This document shows, piece by piece, positions 1 through 10,763 of a stretch of 64,000 nt of DNA. This DNA comes from a virus, in IMG/VR virus record IMGVR_UViG_3300043803_002519; one strand, written 5' to 3'. How positions within the stretch are numbered: the first letter of the stretch is position 1; every line of letters begins with the position of its first letter. Made by a program: the position numbers and the translations under genes. The notes under the pieces were generated by a model. The model made no database searches. It was not told the origin of the DNA and saw nothing but the letters and a program-made list of their open reading frames with translations.

Positions 1-1
1 C

Positions 2-1360
2 AACCGCTGCCCCGAGGACTGGCGCAAGGCCCCTGGGGAGTGGCTGCACCCCCAGCGGTTCGGCCCCGAAGAGGCGACCTTCGTGAAGCGGAAGCTGGGC
101 GACGAGGCCTTCGCGGCTCAGTACGAGATGCGGGCCCGGCCGAAGCAGGGAACCCTCGTCCGCCAGGCGTGGGTGGAGCGCTACTACATGGACGCGCCCG
201 AGGCCCTCAAGGCCATCGCCGAGGAGGTGGTCATCGTCATCGACTCGGCGGTGAAGGGCGCGGCCTCCAACGACCCGGTGTCGATGGCGTGCTGGGCGCT
301 GGTGCACAACCGCAAGTACCTCATCGACCTGGTGAACGAGCGCATGGGCTGGCTGGCCCTGAAGAACCGCACCCGGTCCTTCCTCAAGCAGCACCCCGAG
401 GCGCGCATCAAGCTCATCGAGGACAAGGCCTCCGGGTCGCAGCTGGCCGAAGAGCTCAAGGAGGAAGGCGTCTCGGGCGTGGTGCTGTTCAACCCCGGAG
501 TGAAGGACAAGCTGACGCGGTTCAAGATGTGGGCGGTCCCCGACCTTGAGGCGGGTGACGTGCTGCTCCCCTCACCCGAGCGCTTCCCCTGGGTGCGCGG
601 CTACCAGTCGCGCCTCGTGGCCCTGCGCCCTGGCGGTGGCGACGACGACGACGCGGACACCACCGCGATGGTCCTGCACCGGTGGAGCAGTGGTCGGAAC
701 GCCCCGGCCCTCGCCCGCGTCGAGGGCGAGCCCGTCCTCCGCGCGGGGCACCTGACGCGCTGGCAGCGTCGGGACGCCATGGGCTCGTACCGCATGGGGG
801 TGTGCTGCAACTGGTCGCTGAGCAACGCGACGGCGACGTGGGCGGTGGTGGTCGACCATGACTCCGGCGTCGAGGTGTCGAAGCTGGTCGTCCCTGAGAA
901 CGGCGAAGGCGCGGCCGTCGTCGCCGTGGCCGAGGAGGCGGCGTACTGGGGGGCCACCATCCGCGTGGGCTCCCTGAACCCCAACATGGCCTTCCGCTTC
1001 GCCAAGGAGCTCGCACGCAGGCGCGTGCGCGTGGGGGGCCGGGACGGCAAGTACCTGGCCACCGACGGCGAGCGCGCGGTGTGGGGCGCGCGGCAGTCGA
1101 CGGAACTCTGGGCGGCGCTCGAGCGCGCCGGCCGCGAGCGCATCCTCACCCTGCGCTCCATCGACCTTGAGAGCGAGGTGGCCGCGGGCTCCATCGACGA
1201 CACGATGAGCGCCCCGGTGATGGCCCTCGCCCTCGCCGCCGTGGGCTCTCGCGACCCCAAGCCCCCGCCCGCCGGCGGCCCGCGCCTTCAGATTCTGGGC
1301 GCTGGTGGCCCCTCGGGCGATGCGTGGTCGTCGACCGCGACGGTGCCGAGGCGGCAGTGA
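2..1360 (+). CDS. terL: terminase large subunit, 5' end outside window
   Basis: The frame is open from the window edge. It contains ...RFGPEEATFVKRKLGDEAFAAQYEMRARP, then VIVIDSAVKG..NDP, IKLIEDKASG and GGGDDDDADTTAM, which are RNaseH-like terminase nuclease motifs. About 220 extra C-terminal residues follow. Confidence 0.8.
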   Translation, partial: NRCPEDWRKAPGEWLHPQRFGPEEATFVKRKLGDEAFAAQYEMRARPKQGTLVRQAWVERYYMDAPEALKAIAEEVVIVIDSAVKGAASNDPVSMACWALVHNRKYLIDLVNERMGWLALKNRTRSFLKQHPEARIKLIEDKASGSQLAEELKEEGVSGVVLFNPGVKDKLTRFKMWAVPDLEAGDVLLPSPERFPWVRGYQSRLVALRPGGGDDDDADTTAMVLHRWSSGRNAPALARVEGEPVLRAGHLTRWQRRDAMGSYRMGVCCNWSLSNATATWAVVVDHDSGVEVSKLVVPENGEGAAVVAVAEEAAYWGATIRVGSLNPNMAFRFAKELARRRVRVGGRDGKYLATDGERAVWGARQSTELWAALERAGRERILTLRSIDLESEVAAGSIDDTMSAPVMALALAAVGSRDPKPPPAGGPRLQILGAGGPSGDAWSSTATVPRRQ

Positions 1361-1431
1361 CTGTTCGTTTGATGCACTTCGTGGCGCGTTATTCCGACTG
1401 GGTGTAATGTTGTAGCGGAGAGTGCATCCAC

Positions 1432-2250
1432 ATGTCTACCGACTTCGACAAGCTCCTCGACGACGACCAGGTCACCGCGCAGCGCCGCGGGCGCGTGGTC
1501 GACCCTGCCGCGGACAACGCCCCCGAGTACGTGCGCGACTCGGTGCACATGAAGGAGCTCATCTCCGAGGTGCTCGAGCGGTCCAAGCCCCCGGCCGAGG
1601 ACCTGCAGAAGTGGGCCGCGGCGGGGCACCGCACGGTGGTTCTGCACGAGGGGCCCATGAGCATCGAGGGCGTGGTGAGCGCCCCCGAGCGGGTCAGCGT
1701 GAACGGATTCAAGTGGATGATCCGCCGGCTCCTCGACAAGGAGAACCTGTCGACGGCCATCTACGCTGAGTCCCGCAAGCAGTTCACCGGTCGGTGGGAG
1801 GTGGCGGCGTACCGCATCACCGACGTGACGGAGATGAAGCAGGACGTGCGGGTCAGCCGCGCGAAGATGGAGGGGCTCACGGATGAGATCGTCCCGCTGA
1901 ACGCCAACCAGACCTTCGACGACTTCCAGTCCCGCAAGGTGGGGTCGCTCAACATCGCGGTGGTCTGGATTGACGCCGTCAACGGCGAGCCCGTCCGCTA
2001 CGACGTGCACGGCAAGCCCGTGGACGCCCCGACGGTGGTGGTGAACAACGTGCCCGCCGCGGCCGCCCCCGCCCAGCCCCCGCAGGTCATCATCATGCAG
2101 CCCGGGCAGAACCCCACCGTGGAAGAGCTCGTGGCCATGGTCCAGAACAAGACGCGCATCGAGACCCCCCCGGCCGCGCCGTCCTCGGCCTCCGTGCGAG
2201 AGGAAGCCATCCGCAAGGCCGCCGCTGCGGCCGCGGCGAAGAAGGAGTAG
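1432..2250 (+). CDS. hypothetical protein (between terminase and portal)
   Basis: ATG ORF of 272 aa with high GC3 and no motif recognised. Confidence 0.55.
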   Translation: MSTDFDKLLDDDQVTAQRRGRVVDPAADNAPEYVRDSVHMKELISEVLERSKPPAEDLQKWAAAGHRTVVLHEGPMSIEGVVSAPERVSVNGFKWMIRRLLDKENLSTAIYAESRKQFTGRWEVAAYRITDVTEMKQDVRVSRAKMEGLTDEIVPLNANQTFDDFQSRKVGSLNIAVVWIDAVNGEPVRYDVHGKPVDAPTVVVNNVPAAAAPAQPPQVIIMQPGQNPTVEELVAMVQNKTRIETPPAAPSSASVREEAIRKAAAAAAAKKE

Positions 2251-2278
2251 ACTGCGAGGAATCGGATAGAGGGCCCCC

Positions 2279-4646
2279 ATGCCGACGGACCAGTACAATC
2301 CGGACAACGTCCGGCGCCTTCTCGCCCTGCACTCGCGTCGGCTGGACAAGCGCGCCAACGTCTGGAGGATGCTGAACGCGGCGTACCTCACCCGGTTCTG
2401 GGAGTACGTCGGCAACGTCCCCGACACCGCCCGCTGGTCGAAGTGGAACATCAACGGCACCGAGGTCGAGGTCAACCGCCTGTGGCGTCGGGTGATGACC
2501 TACAAGGCGGCCCTGTACCGCAAGACCTCCCGCATCGAGTGCGGACCCGACCCCATCACCGACCGGGGCGACCCGGTCATTGGCTCGGCCGTGGCCAACG
2601 CCATGTGGATGGACGAGTCCAGCGCCGAGCAGATGGACCGGGCCGTGGAGCTCGCCATCCTGTTCCCGGGCTCTGGCTTCAAGGTGGGCGTGGACGAGGG
2701 GCGCGCCCCGGCCCTACGGCGGGTGTGGACCCGCGTCGTTCCGTGGTGGGAGCTCGTCCTGGACTCCGACGTCAGCGACGTGAAGGACGAGCGCTTCCGC
2801 GGCCACCGGTACTGGGCGCCGAAGAACCTCATCGCCGACAAGTACAACCTGACGGGCCTCATCGGCTCCCGCCGCCGGGACTTCCTGGCGCAGGACAACG
2901 ACGTCGTGAACGTCCAGACGACGGACAATCAGGACGGCGACGACGATGACGGCGAGTTCGTCGAGGTGCTGGAGTTCTCCAACCTCGTCGACTGGGTCAC
3001 GGGAAAGAGCGGCGAGAAGTACAAGGGGCGGCAGGAAATCTACGTTCTGAACCAGAACGACAAGTTCAAGGAGCCGGTCGACCGCAGCCCCCTGGCGTTC
3101 GCGGACGCCGACGGCGTGGGCATCTCGCACATCGAGTACCTCATCTTCTGCCACGAGCCGTCGTTCCCCTTGCGTGGGGTGAGCCCTTGCGAGCGCATCC
3201 TTCCTCAGATGCGGGAGACCAACGTGTACCGCACGAAGCTGGCGGAGCTCCTCCGTCGCAACGCGCGGAAGTACTTCTACAAGCGGGGCACGCTGGGCGA
3301 CGACCAGGTTACCAAGCTGCTCGACGGCAACGACCAGTGCCTGATTGCCGCCGAAGAAGCGGGTGACGTCGACCTCCGGACCCTCGTGGTCCCGGTGCCG
3401 CACATTCCCATCGCGTCGGAGTTCTGGCAGTGGATGGGCCAGGTGCAGGCCGACGACGACCAAGCGTGGGGGCAGATCACCCCCGCAAGCGGCGGGTCGA
3501 CGGAGCGCAACAAGACGGCCTACGCCAACCAGATCGAACAGTTCTGGACCGAGAGTGAGATTGGATACCACGGGCAGTGCCTCACCTCGTCGGTGAAGCG
3601 CCTCACGCGGCTGCGGAACCGCGCGGTCATCCACGCCATGCAGAGCGCCGGCGACGCTGTCGGCGGCCATGGGGTCTCCGCAAACGGAGCGGTGCCCGAA
3701 GGAACCGACCTCGCGCCCATTGGAGCCACCACCGGCAAGGACGCCTCCACCGAGGCTGCGATGCGTGCGGATGCCGCCGGCAGCGCTGGCCCCGCAGTGT
3801 CCGCCGAGGAAACCGCCGCGGTAGCCGTCGCCACCGGGGACGCCGAGCAGGCCTCGGCCCGGGAGACGAGCAGCGGCGCGGCGAAGGTCGTGGTCAGCGA
3901 GTTCCTCGTGAAGGACATCGACGGGAACCCCCACACCGTGACCGTGGGGGCCCTCGACGCCGACTTCGAGATCAAGTTCGTGGACGGCGGCCGCACGCCG
4001 ATGGCGGACGCTGCGCTCCTGCAGTTCCTCTCGACGCAAGGCGCGCAGTACTTCGAATGGTTCGCCATGGTGGTGAAGGGCGGCCCGGCCGCGGTCATGG
4101 CCCGCGCGTGGATGCAGGAGGTAGCGGCCATCGCCCAGCTGCCGCCGTCGCTCCACGTCGACACCCTCGAGCGCAAGCTCGCGGAGGAAGGCCAGACCCC
4201 CGAGCAGGCCGTGGCGAAGGAGTTGCCCGCCGGAGCCGAGGAGGCCCCGCCGGATGAGCAGGTCGAGCCCGCTGCGCCCGCGCCCGAGGGCACCGCCGGC
4301 GCGCCGGCCGACCCGCTCGGCATGGCACTGGGGGAGATTGCCCACGCGCTGAAGGGCGCGGCCGAGGGAGCTCCCGAAGCTGCCGGCCCCATTCAGGCCT
4401 CGATGCAGGCGCTGCAGGGGGCCATGACGGCGAAGGAAGCCGGCGACCTCACTGGGGTCATCGAGGCCCTCAACGCGGCGCTCGACGCGCTCGAGCCCCT
4501 CGCCGAGAGCATCCCCGACGGCGCGGCGCCTGCCTTGGCCCGCGCGGTGGAGATCATGGACCAGGTGCGCCGGGCGCTGATGAAGGGCGCGGCCGCCGAG
4601 GGCGCGCCAGCCCCCGAAGAACCCCCCGTCGAAGAGGTTCCCCCCG

Positions 4647-4657
<11 letters not shown>
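2279..4657 (+). CDS. putative portal protein with Ala/Glu/Pro-rich C-terminal tail
   Basis: 792 aa ORF. The call rests on position just after the terminase and on size. No diagnostic motif was read. Confidence 0.5.
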
Positions 4658-5282
<625 letters not shown>

Positions 5283-5284
5283 GC

Positions 5285-5935
5285 ATGCCCCTGTACACCT
5301 ACCGCTGCCCCGAAGGGCACGCCATCGACCACCTCTGCCGCTACGAGCAGCGGCCCGCTACCTTGGCCTGCTCCTGCGGCCGGGACGCCACGCAGGCCCT
5401 CGCCCTGACGGCGCCGGGCATCGTCGTCGGCGGCACCTCGGGGGGCAAGGGGCGCTTCGCTGCCGACCGCACCGGGTACGTCGAGGAGTCCCCCGGAGTG
5501 TGGGTGAAGGGCGCGAGCGCCTTGAACCCCAACTTCGTCGACTACCGCTGCATCGCCTGCTCGCACAAGGATGTCGCCGTGGACGAGCCCGTCCCCGCGG
5601 CGTGTCCCTCGTGCGGCGGCACGCTGGAGACCTACCTCAACACCGCGGCCACGCACGTCGACTGGTTCCCGCACGGTGGCTACTACGACCGGGCGCTCGG
5701 GGTCCACCTCAACAGCAGGGCGCATCGGGCCCAGGTGCTGGCGGAGCGGGGGCTGCGGGAGTCGGACGACGCTGAGATCGACAACAACTTCCGCGCGGCC
5801 TCGGCGCTGCGCGCGGAGCAGGACCGCGACATCGCCGAGATGCTCGACGAGTGGGACGACGACAAGGACCGAGCTCGCCTCGTGGACGAGGGGCGCGCCC
5901 CCGACCACTCCTGGGCCCGGGACGTACTGCGATAG
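5285..5935 (+). CDS. double zinc-ribbon protein (FmdB-like N-terminus)
   Basis: Starts MPLYTYRCPEGH...CSCG, with a second pair YRCIACSH...CPSCGG. The internal ATG at 5285 of track ORF 5072-5935 was chosen because the upstream part is Arg/Gly junk overlapping the previous gene. Confidence 0.55.
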   Translation: MPLYTYRCPEGHAIDHLCRYEQRPATLACSCGRDATQALALTAPGIVVGGTSGGKGRFAADRTGYVEESPGVWVKGASALNPNFVDYRCIACSHKDVAVDEPVPAACPSCGGTLETYLNTAATHVDWFPHGGYYDRALGVHLNSRAHRAQVLAERGLRESDDAEIDNNFRAASALRAEQDRDIAEMLDEWDDDKDRARLVDEGRAPDHSWARDVLR

Positions 5936-5984
5936 TGACCGGCGGGTCAGAATGTGGTATCTTGGAGCGCACTCCGAGAGTTTC

Positions 5985-6587
5985 ATGCCTCAACCCGCCG
6001 ACATGCCCCCCGAGATGCCCGCTGACGCGATGCCCCCGGGCGGTCCTCCGATGGAAGGGCCTCCGATGGAAGGGCCTCCGCCGGGCGGCGCCTCCGACAA
6101 CCCGGTCGCCGAGGTGCAGGCCCCGCCGCCGCCGGCCGAAGGCTACAGCGAGAAGTGCGTCAAGGACCTGCTGAAGGCCCTGGGCCTCGCGCTCAAGGCC
6201 GCGACGAAGGCGATGGGCCGCGAGGCTCCGTCGGTCCCCGAGGCGCCGGCCGAGGTCTTCGAGAAGGGGAAGATGCGCCAGCCGTTCCCCGGCGTCATCG
6301 TGCAGGAGATTGCCATGCTCCTGATGATGGCCTCCCAGATCGGGGGCAAGCACGAGGGCCGCTACGACGGGGACCTCATGGAGCTCCTCGCCTCCGACGA
6401 CGGCCTCGACCGCCTGGCCACCCTGCTCGAGCTCCTCTCCAAGGACAAGGTCCTCCTCTCCGCGCTCAAGGAAGCGCAGAAGGCGGCGCCGGCCAAGGGC
6501 CCCGTGGCCGAGACCGAAGAGGTCGAGGTGGCCGCTGGACCCGAGGGCGAAGAGGTCGAAGCCATGGACGCCCGCGAGTACGCTTGA
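5985..6587 (+). CDS. hypothetical Pro-rich/helical protein (scaffold-like region)
   Basis: ATG at 5985 preceded by GAGAG. N-terminus is MPQPADMPPEMPADAMPPGGPPMEGPPMEGPPPGG. The upstream part of track ORF 5571-6587 was rejected. Confidence 0.5.
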   Translation: MPQPADMPPEMPADAMPPGGPPMEGPPMEGPPPGGASDNPVAEVQAPPPPAEGYSEKCVKDLLKALGLALKAATKAMGREAPSVPEAPAEVFEKGKMRQPFPGVIVQEIAMLLMMASQIGGKHEGRYDGDLMELLASDDGLDRLATLLELLSKDKVLLSALKEAQKAAPAKGPVAETEEVEVAAGPEGEEVEAMDAREYA

Positions 6588-6611
6588 TGGAGCTCCGCGA
6601 AAAATCTCTCC

Positions 6612-6647
6612 AAACTGACTCGCCGGTCAGTTTTGTGTTATCGTTGC
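6612..6647 (+). promoter_or_regulatory. terminator-promoter cassette, copy 1
   Basis: Hairpin AAACTGAC-TCGCCG-GTCAGTTT followed by a T-run, then an extended -10-like TGTTATCGT ending 7 nt before the ATG at 6652. The 27-mer CGCCGGTCAGTTTTGTGTTATCGTTGC recurs at 34777-34803 with one mismatch. Confidence 0.5.
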
Positions 6648-6651
6648 ACCC

Positions 6652-7629
6652 ATGAGCACCTCACTCGACACCACGACCCTGGAAGGCGGAGCCGGCAACG
6701 GCGCCGAGGGCGTGCAGGTTGAGCTGGCTCCTGTCGCCTCGCCGGCGACGGGGCCCGCCCAAGTTGCCGCATCGGCATCTGAGGGCACGCCTCCCGACAG
6801 CAAGACCTTCCTCGAGCAGATCGCCGAGGCCTTCGAAGGCGAGGACGCTGATGCTGTCAAGCAGCACGTCGCCGTCTCGGACATCAACGCCCTGAGCGGG
6901 AAGGAGCGCGGCATCGTCCGCGCTCTCCTCGCCCACCGCCAGGAGGAGGCGTCCAAGAACGCCGCCGCCGAAGCGGAGCGCGTTGCTGCCATCGGCGCTC
7001 GCGAGAAGGCTCTCGCCCAGTCCGCCGCCGACCTCCGCCGCCGGGAAGCCGCGCTCTACGCGCTGGCCAACAGCCCGGAGCTCGACGCCGCGCGCCGTGG
7101 CCAGAAGCCCAAGGTCGACCCCCTGTCGCCCGAGGGCATGGAGCAGCTGGCCGCCTACAACGCCAGCCTCGGCGTGGCCAAGGCTCTCGACCCCATCTTC
7201 CAGCGCAGCGAGCAGGCCCGCAAGGACTACGCCTACGCTGAGCTCCAGGAAAAGTTCCCGGTCATCAAGGAGAAGGATGCGGAGTTCCGCACCTTCATGG
7301 CCGAGCAGAACGCGGGCATCAGTCGCGACGACGTGCTGGCGGGCAAGGCCCGGTGGCGCGTCACCGTGGACGTGGGTGCCCGCCTCTTCGCCGCCGAGCA
7401 GCGGGCCGAGGAGGCCGCTCGCGCCGTCGAGCAGCGCCGTGCCGCCGAAGTGGCCGACCGCGCCGGCGCCGCCCGAGCGCTGAATCGCGTCAACTCCAAC
7501 GGCTTCTCCGAGGCCGACCTCCGCATCCCCGACGAAGTCTTCGAGAAGGGCAACGTCACCGAGTACCTGGCGAAGTTCTCCCCCGAGCGCCGCGCCGCCA
7601 TCGTCCGCTTCAACGCGGCCAACGCCTGA
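6652..7629 (+). CDS. putative scaffolding protein
   Basis: 325 aa, Ala/Glu/Arg-rich helical sequence immediately upstream of the putative capsid gene. No Shine-Dalgarno sequence, so the mRNA may be leaderless. Confidence 0.45.
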   Translation: MSTSLDTTTLEGGAGNGAEGVQVELAPVASPATGPAQVAASASEGTPPDSKTFLEQIAEAFEGEDADAVKQHVAVSDINALSGKERGIVRALLAHRQEEASKNAAAEAERVAAIGAREKALAQSAADLRRREAALYALANSPELDAARRGQKPKVDPLSPEGMEQLAAYNASLGVAKALDPIFQRSEQARKDYAYAELQEKFPVIKEKDAEFRTFMAEQNAGISRDDVLAGKARWRVTVDVGARLFAAEQRAEEAARAVEQRRAAEVADRAGAARALNRVNSNGFSEADLRIPDEVFEKGNVTEYLAKFSPERRAAIVRFNAANA

Positions 7630-7652
7630 GTTTCTTCCGCTCCTGAAACATT

Positions 7653-7669
7653 CCGACCAGTCGGTTTTT
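7653..7669 (+). terminator. weak hairpin plus T5 after the scaffold gene
   Basis: CCGA-CCAG-TCGG followed by TTTTT. The stem is only 4 bp. Confidence 0.3.
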
Positions 7670-7685
7670 CTGAGGATTCACCACC

Positions 7686-8756
7686 ATGCCCGCAGCGACC
7701 ATCACCCCCTCCATCGACCTCGAAGCACTCACCCTGGTCGGCATCAAGGCGGCCGCCAAGTCCACGGACGCCCAGGCGGTGACCAACGGCTGGAAGGCGC
7801 TCTGTGAGTCCGTGCACGGCAAGTCCCCGATGCAGTGGACCTTCGGCGAGCGCCGCACCACCGAGGTGCAGGTCATCGACCACACCGGCGTGACGAACTT
7901 CTCGTCCGGCTTCGAGTCCTACGAGGAGTCGGCGCTGACCACCGGTCGCCCCGCGGCCTACGGCTTCGCCATCTCCGGCCTCGCCGCGAAGATCGGCCAG
8001 CGCCAGATTCGCACCTACCAGAACGCGAAGGCCTTCGAAGAGTGGGTCAAGCGCACCATCGGCAACTGCAACGGCATCCTGAGCCGCGGCTACAACAAGC
8101 GCGTCGTCGCCGGCACCGGCGCGGGCTTCGCCGACTTCCAGACCCTCAACGGCTTCGACAGCTCCACCGGCTTCTTCGAGTCCGGCGCCAAGGGCACCCA
8201 GACCAACGTCGTCGGCGGGCTCTCCAAGGCCACCTACGCCTACACCCCGGGCTGGAACAACATGGTCGTGGACATGTCCAACGCCATGGGCAGCAACTTC
8301 TTCCAGTTCGACGCCGCGCTGAGCTCCATCCGGATTCTCGGCGCCCCCATGGACAAGACCGCGGGCCTCGGCTCGCAGAACTTCATGGACAACGCCAAGC
8401 GCTACCTCCGCGCCTACGAGCGCTACACCGGCGGCAAGTACGACGCTGGCGTGCCCTTCGAGGTCTTCGGCGGGGTGAAGTTCTTCCTCGACTTCTACAT
8501 GCCGTCCACCGGCTCGATCACGATCAACAACGCCATCTCGGCGTACATCATCGACGGCAGCCAGATTCCGGCCTTCTGGATGCCGGCCTGCAAGATCGGC
8601 GACACCGAGCTCCCCGACGGCCACTTCGGCGTCGGCTCCTGGCGCCCGGTCAGCGGCATGCAGGACGTGTTCGTGATGCCCATGGCCTGCGCCGGCCAGG
8701 TCTGCGCCGACCTCCTCGGCACCTCGGGCGTCATCCGCCGCGGCAACACCTACTGA
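7686..8756 (+). CDS. putative major capsid protein
   Basis: 356 aa with GAGGA 10 nt upstream. The call rests on position after the scaffold gene and on size typical of HK97-fold coat proteins. No diagnostic motif was read. Confidence 0.55.
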   Translation: MPAATITPSIDLEALTLVGIKAAAKSTDAQAVTNGWKALCESVHGKSPMQWTFGERRTTEVQVIDHTGVTNFSSGFESYEESALTTGRPAAYGFAISGLAAKIGQRQIRTYQNAKAFEEWVKRTIGNCNGILSRGYNKRVVAGTGAGFADFQTLNGFDSSTGFFESGAKGTQTNVVGGLSKATYAYTPGWNNMVVDMSNAMGSNFFQFDAALSSIRILGAPMDKTAGLGSQNFMDNAKRYLRAYERYTGGKYDAGVPFEVFGGVKFFLDFYMPSTGSITINNAISAYIIDGSQIPAFWMPACKIGDTELPDGHFGVGSWRPVSGMQDVFVMPMACAGQVCADLLGTSGVIRRGNTY

Positions 8757-8807
8757 GCGTAGGCTCGGTCCCCATCAACCGCCCCCTCTGAACTTCCGGA
8801 GTCTTCC

Positions 8808-9305
8808 ATGTCCCTCATCAAGGCCGACGGCTACATCGCCAACGGCGGCACCGGTCGCACCGGCCCCTCCAAGACGCAGGTCTGGATCACCGACCAGACG
8901 GTCACCGTTGGTCAGTGGGTCGCTTCCTACGCGGGCGACACCACGAGCCCTTCGGGTCTCGCGAACGGTCCGCAGGGGTCGTTCCGCCTGGCCGACTCGA
9001 GCAACGCCGACGCGGTCTACAACACCGTGGGCGTCGTGATGGAGGCTGTGGACAACAGCCCTTCCAGCACCGCCGCCGGCTACGTCGAGATCGCCATCGC
9101 CGGCGCCGTCGACACCATGAACCTCGTGTCGGCCAGCGTGGCCGCGGGCGACAACCTGATCATCAGCACCACCGCCGGTGTCGCAACCGTCGTGGGCACC
9201 CCGACCGCCGACGTGCGGGTCATCGGCCAGTGCCTCACGGACGGCGGCTCCGACCAGGGCTCGGGCATCATCTTCCCGCACCCGATGTTCGCCGGCCTGG
9301 TGTAG
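8808..9305 (+). CDS. possible head decoration protein (DUF2190-like pattern)
   Basis: 165 aa directly after the capsid gene. GVVMEAVDN...GYVEIAIAGAV...AAGDNLIISTTAGVATVV resembles the decoration/cement family as I remember it. Confidence 0.35.
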   Translation: MSLIKADGYIANGGTGRTGPSKTQVWITDQTVTVGQWVASYAGDTTSPSGLANGPQGSFRLADSSNADAVYNTVGVVMEAVDNSPSSTAAGYVEIAIAGAVDTMNLVSASVAAGDNLIISTTAGVATVVGTPTADVRVIGQCLTDGGSDQGSGIIFPHPMFAGLV

Positions 9306-9413
9306 TCCTCGCCCTCGGGCGCGTCAGTTGGCGTCGGTTGGCGCGCCCCGGGGAGCCCTTCCTTCCCCTGAGCGTGCTGGCCGACGCCTTCCTCGTTTTG
9401 GAGTACCTTCACC

Positions 9414-10760
9414 ATGTCCTACGGCAACGTCCGCACCCTGCTCGACCGCGTCGGCGTGAAGGTCGAGCACAGTCCGCAGGACCGTGACTCTCGAGCGGCG
9501 CGGCTCGACATCTTCAACCGGCACCTGTCGGACGTGTCCTCGGCCCAGCCGTGGCGCTTCCTGCAGACCGAGGCCGACTTCAAGGTCTGGTACAAGCGGG
9601 ACAACTCCACCACCGCCTTCACGGTGGCGGTCACCAACGGCTCCACCGCGGTCACCGTGAGTGGGGACTTGGGCACGGACTTCGCCCTCAGCAACGCGGG
9701 CATGGAGTTCAACGACGGGCTGGATGCTGTGGGAGGGGCATCGGTCTACACCATCGCGCGCTTCACGAGCGCCACCGGCGCCGCATTCGTTCTGGACCGC
9801 CCCTACGAGGGGGCCACGAACGCGGCCTTGACGACCTGGTACATCGGCAACGACAAGGTTCTGCTCCCCTTCGACTGCGGCCAGCCCATGGGCTTCATCG
9901 ACCGGGTGAACGGCCGTGGCCGGCTCATCTCGTGGGACCGCCGGCGGGAGGAACTCTACCTGTCGACGATGACGGGGACGGGGGACGTGTGGTGGATCGT
10001 AGACGGGGACACCCCCTACGACCGGCCGCCGGACTCCACCTTCGCAGGGGTCCTCAGCACCGCAGCAGGCACGCTCTTGGCGAGCTCCATCTTTCAGTAC
10101 GCCTACACCTTCGAGCAGTTCGGGCGGGAGTCCCCCCCGGCCATCATCGTCGAGGTCACAACGGGGGCCGGGGCCAACAACCAGGTGGTGCTGTCGGGCA
10201 TCGAGAACACCGAGTACTCCGCCGGCGTCAGCGTCGGGAAGCGGAAGTACCTCTACCGCCGGCAGGTGTCGCGGTCGTCCACGACGCTGGGCAACGTCAA
10301 CGGGCCGTGGCTGCGCCTCGCCACCATCTCCGAGAGCGCCACCACCTACACCGACGACGGCTCCATCACCCCGACGCGCGCCGACAACAGCGCCATGTAC
10401 TTCGAGGGGCCGTCCCAGTACATGCGGCCGAAGGCCGACCCTCAGGAGGACGAGGTGCTCCGGGTCCGCTACCTCCAGCGCGTCCGGAAGCTGGTGAGCG
10501 ACTCCGACGTGCCGTCGAAGTGGCCGTCGGAGTACTACGACATGTTCGTGCTGCTCACCGCCATGGACATCGTCGGGAGCAACTCCGAGCTCGCCAAGTC
10601 CCGGAACTGGGAGGTCGCCGCGATGAACATGCAGAAGCGGGCGATGGCCGGCTGGGTGCAGGTGCCGGACCTCCCCACCCAGAAGCAGGGGTGGGGCGTG
10701 GGCGGCTTCGGGTCCTACGTGGTCCGCGCGGGCACGGTCACCTCCGACTTCGGGTCCTGA
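9414..10760 (+). CDS. virion structural protein (adaptor or tail-tube position)
   Basis: 448 aa with a GGAG RBS. The call is by position only. Confidence 0.45.
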   Translation: MSYGNVRTLLDRVGVKVEHSPQDRDSRAARLDIFNRHLSDVSSAQPWRFLQTEADFKVWYKRDNSTTAFTVAVTNGSTAVTVSGDLGTDFALSNAGMEFNDGLDAVGGASVYTIARFTSATGAAFVLDRPYEGATNAALTTWYIGNDKVLLPFDCGQPMGFIDRVNGRGRLISWDRRREELYLSTMTGTGDVWWIVDGDTPYDRPPDSTFAGVLSTAAGTLLASSIFQYAYTFEQFGRESPPAIIVEVTTGAGANNQVVLSGIENTEYSAGVSVGKRKYLYRRQVSRSSTTLGNVNGPWLRLATISESATTYTDDGSITPTRADNSAMYFEGPSQYMRPKADPQEDEVLRVRYLQRVRKLVSDSDVPSKWPSEYYDMFVLLTAMDIVGSNSELAKSRNWEVAAMNMQKRAMAGWVQVPDLPTQKQGWGVGGFGSYVVRAGTVTSDFGS

Positions 10761-10763
10761 GCC

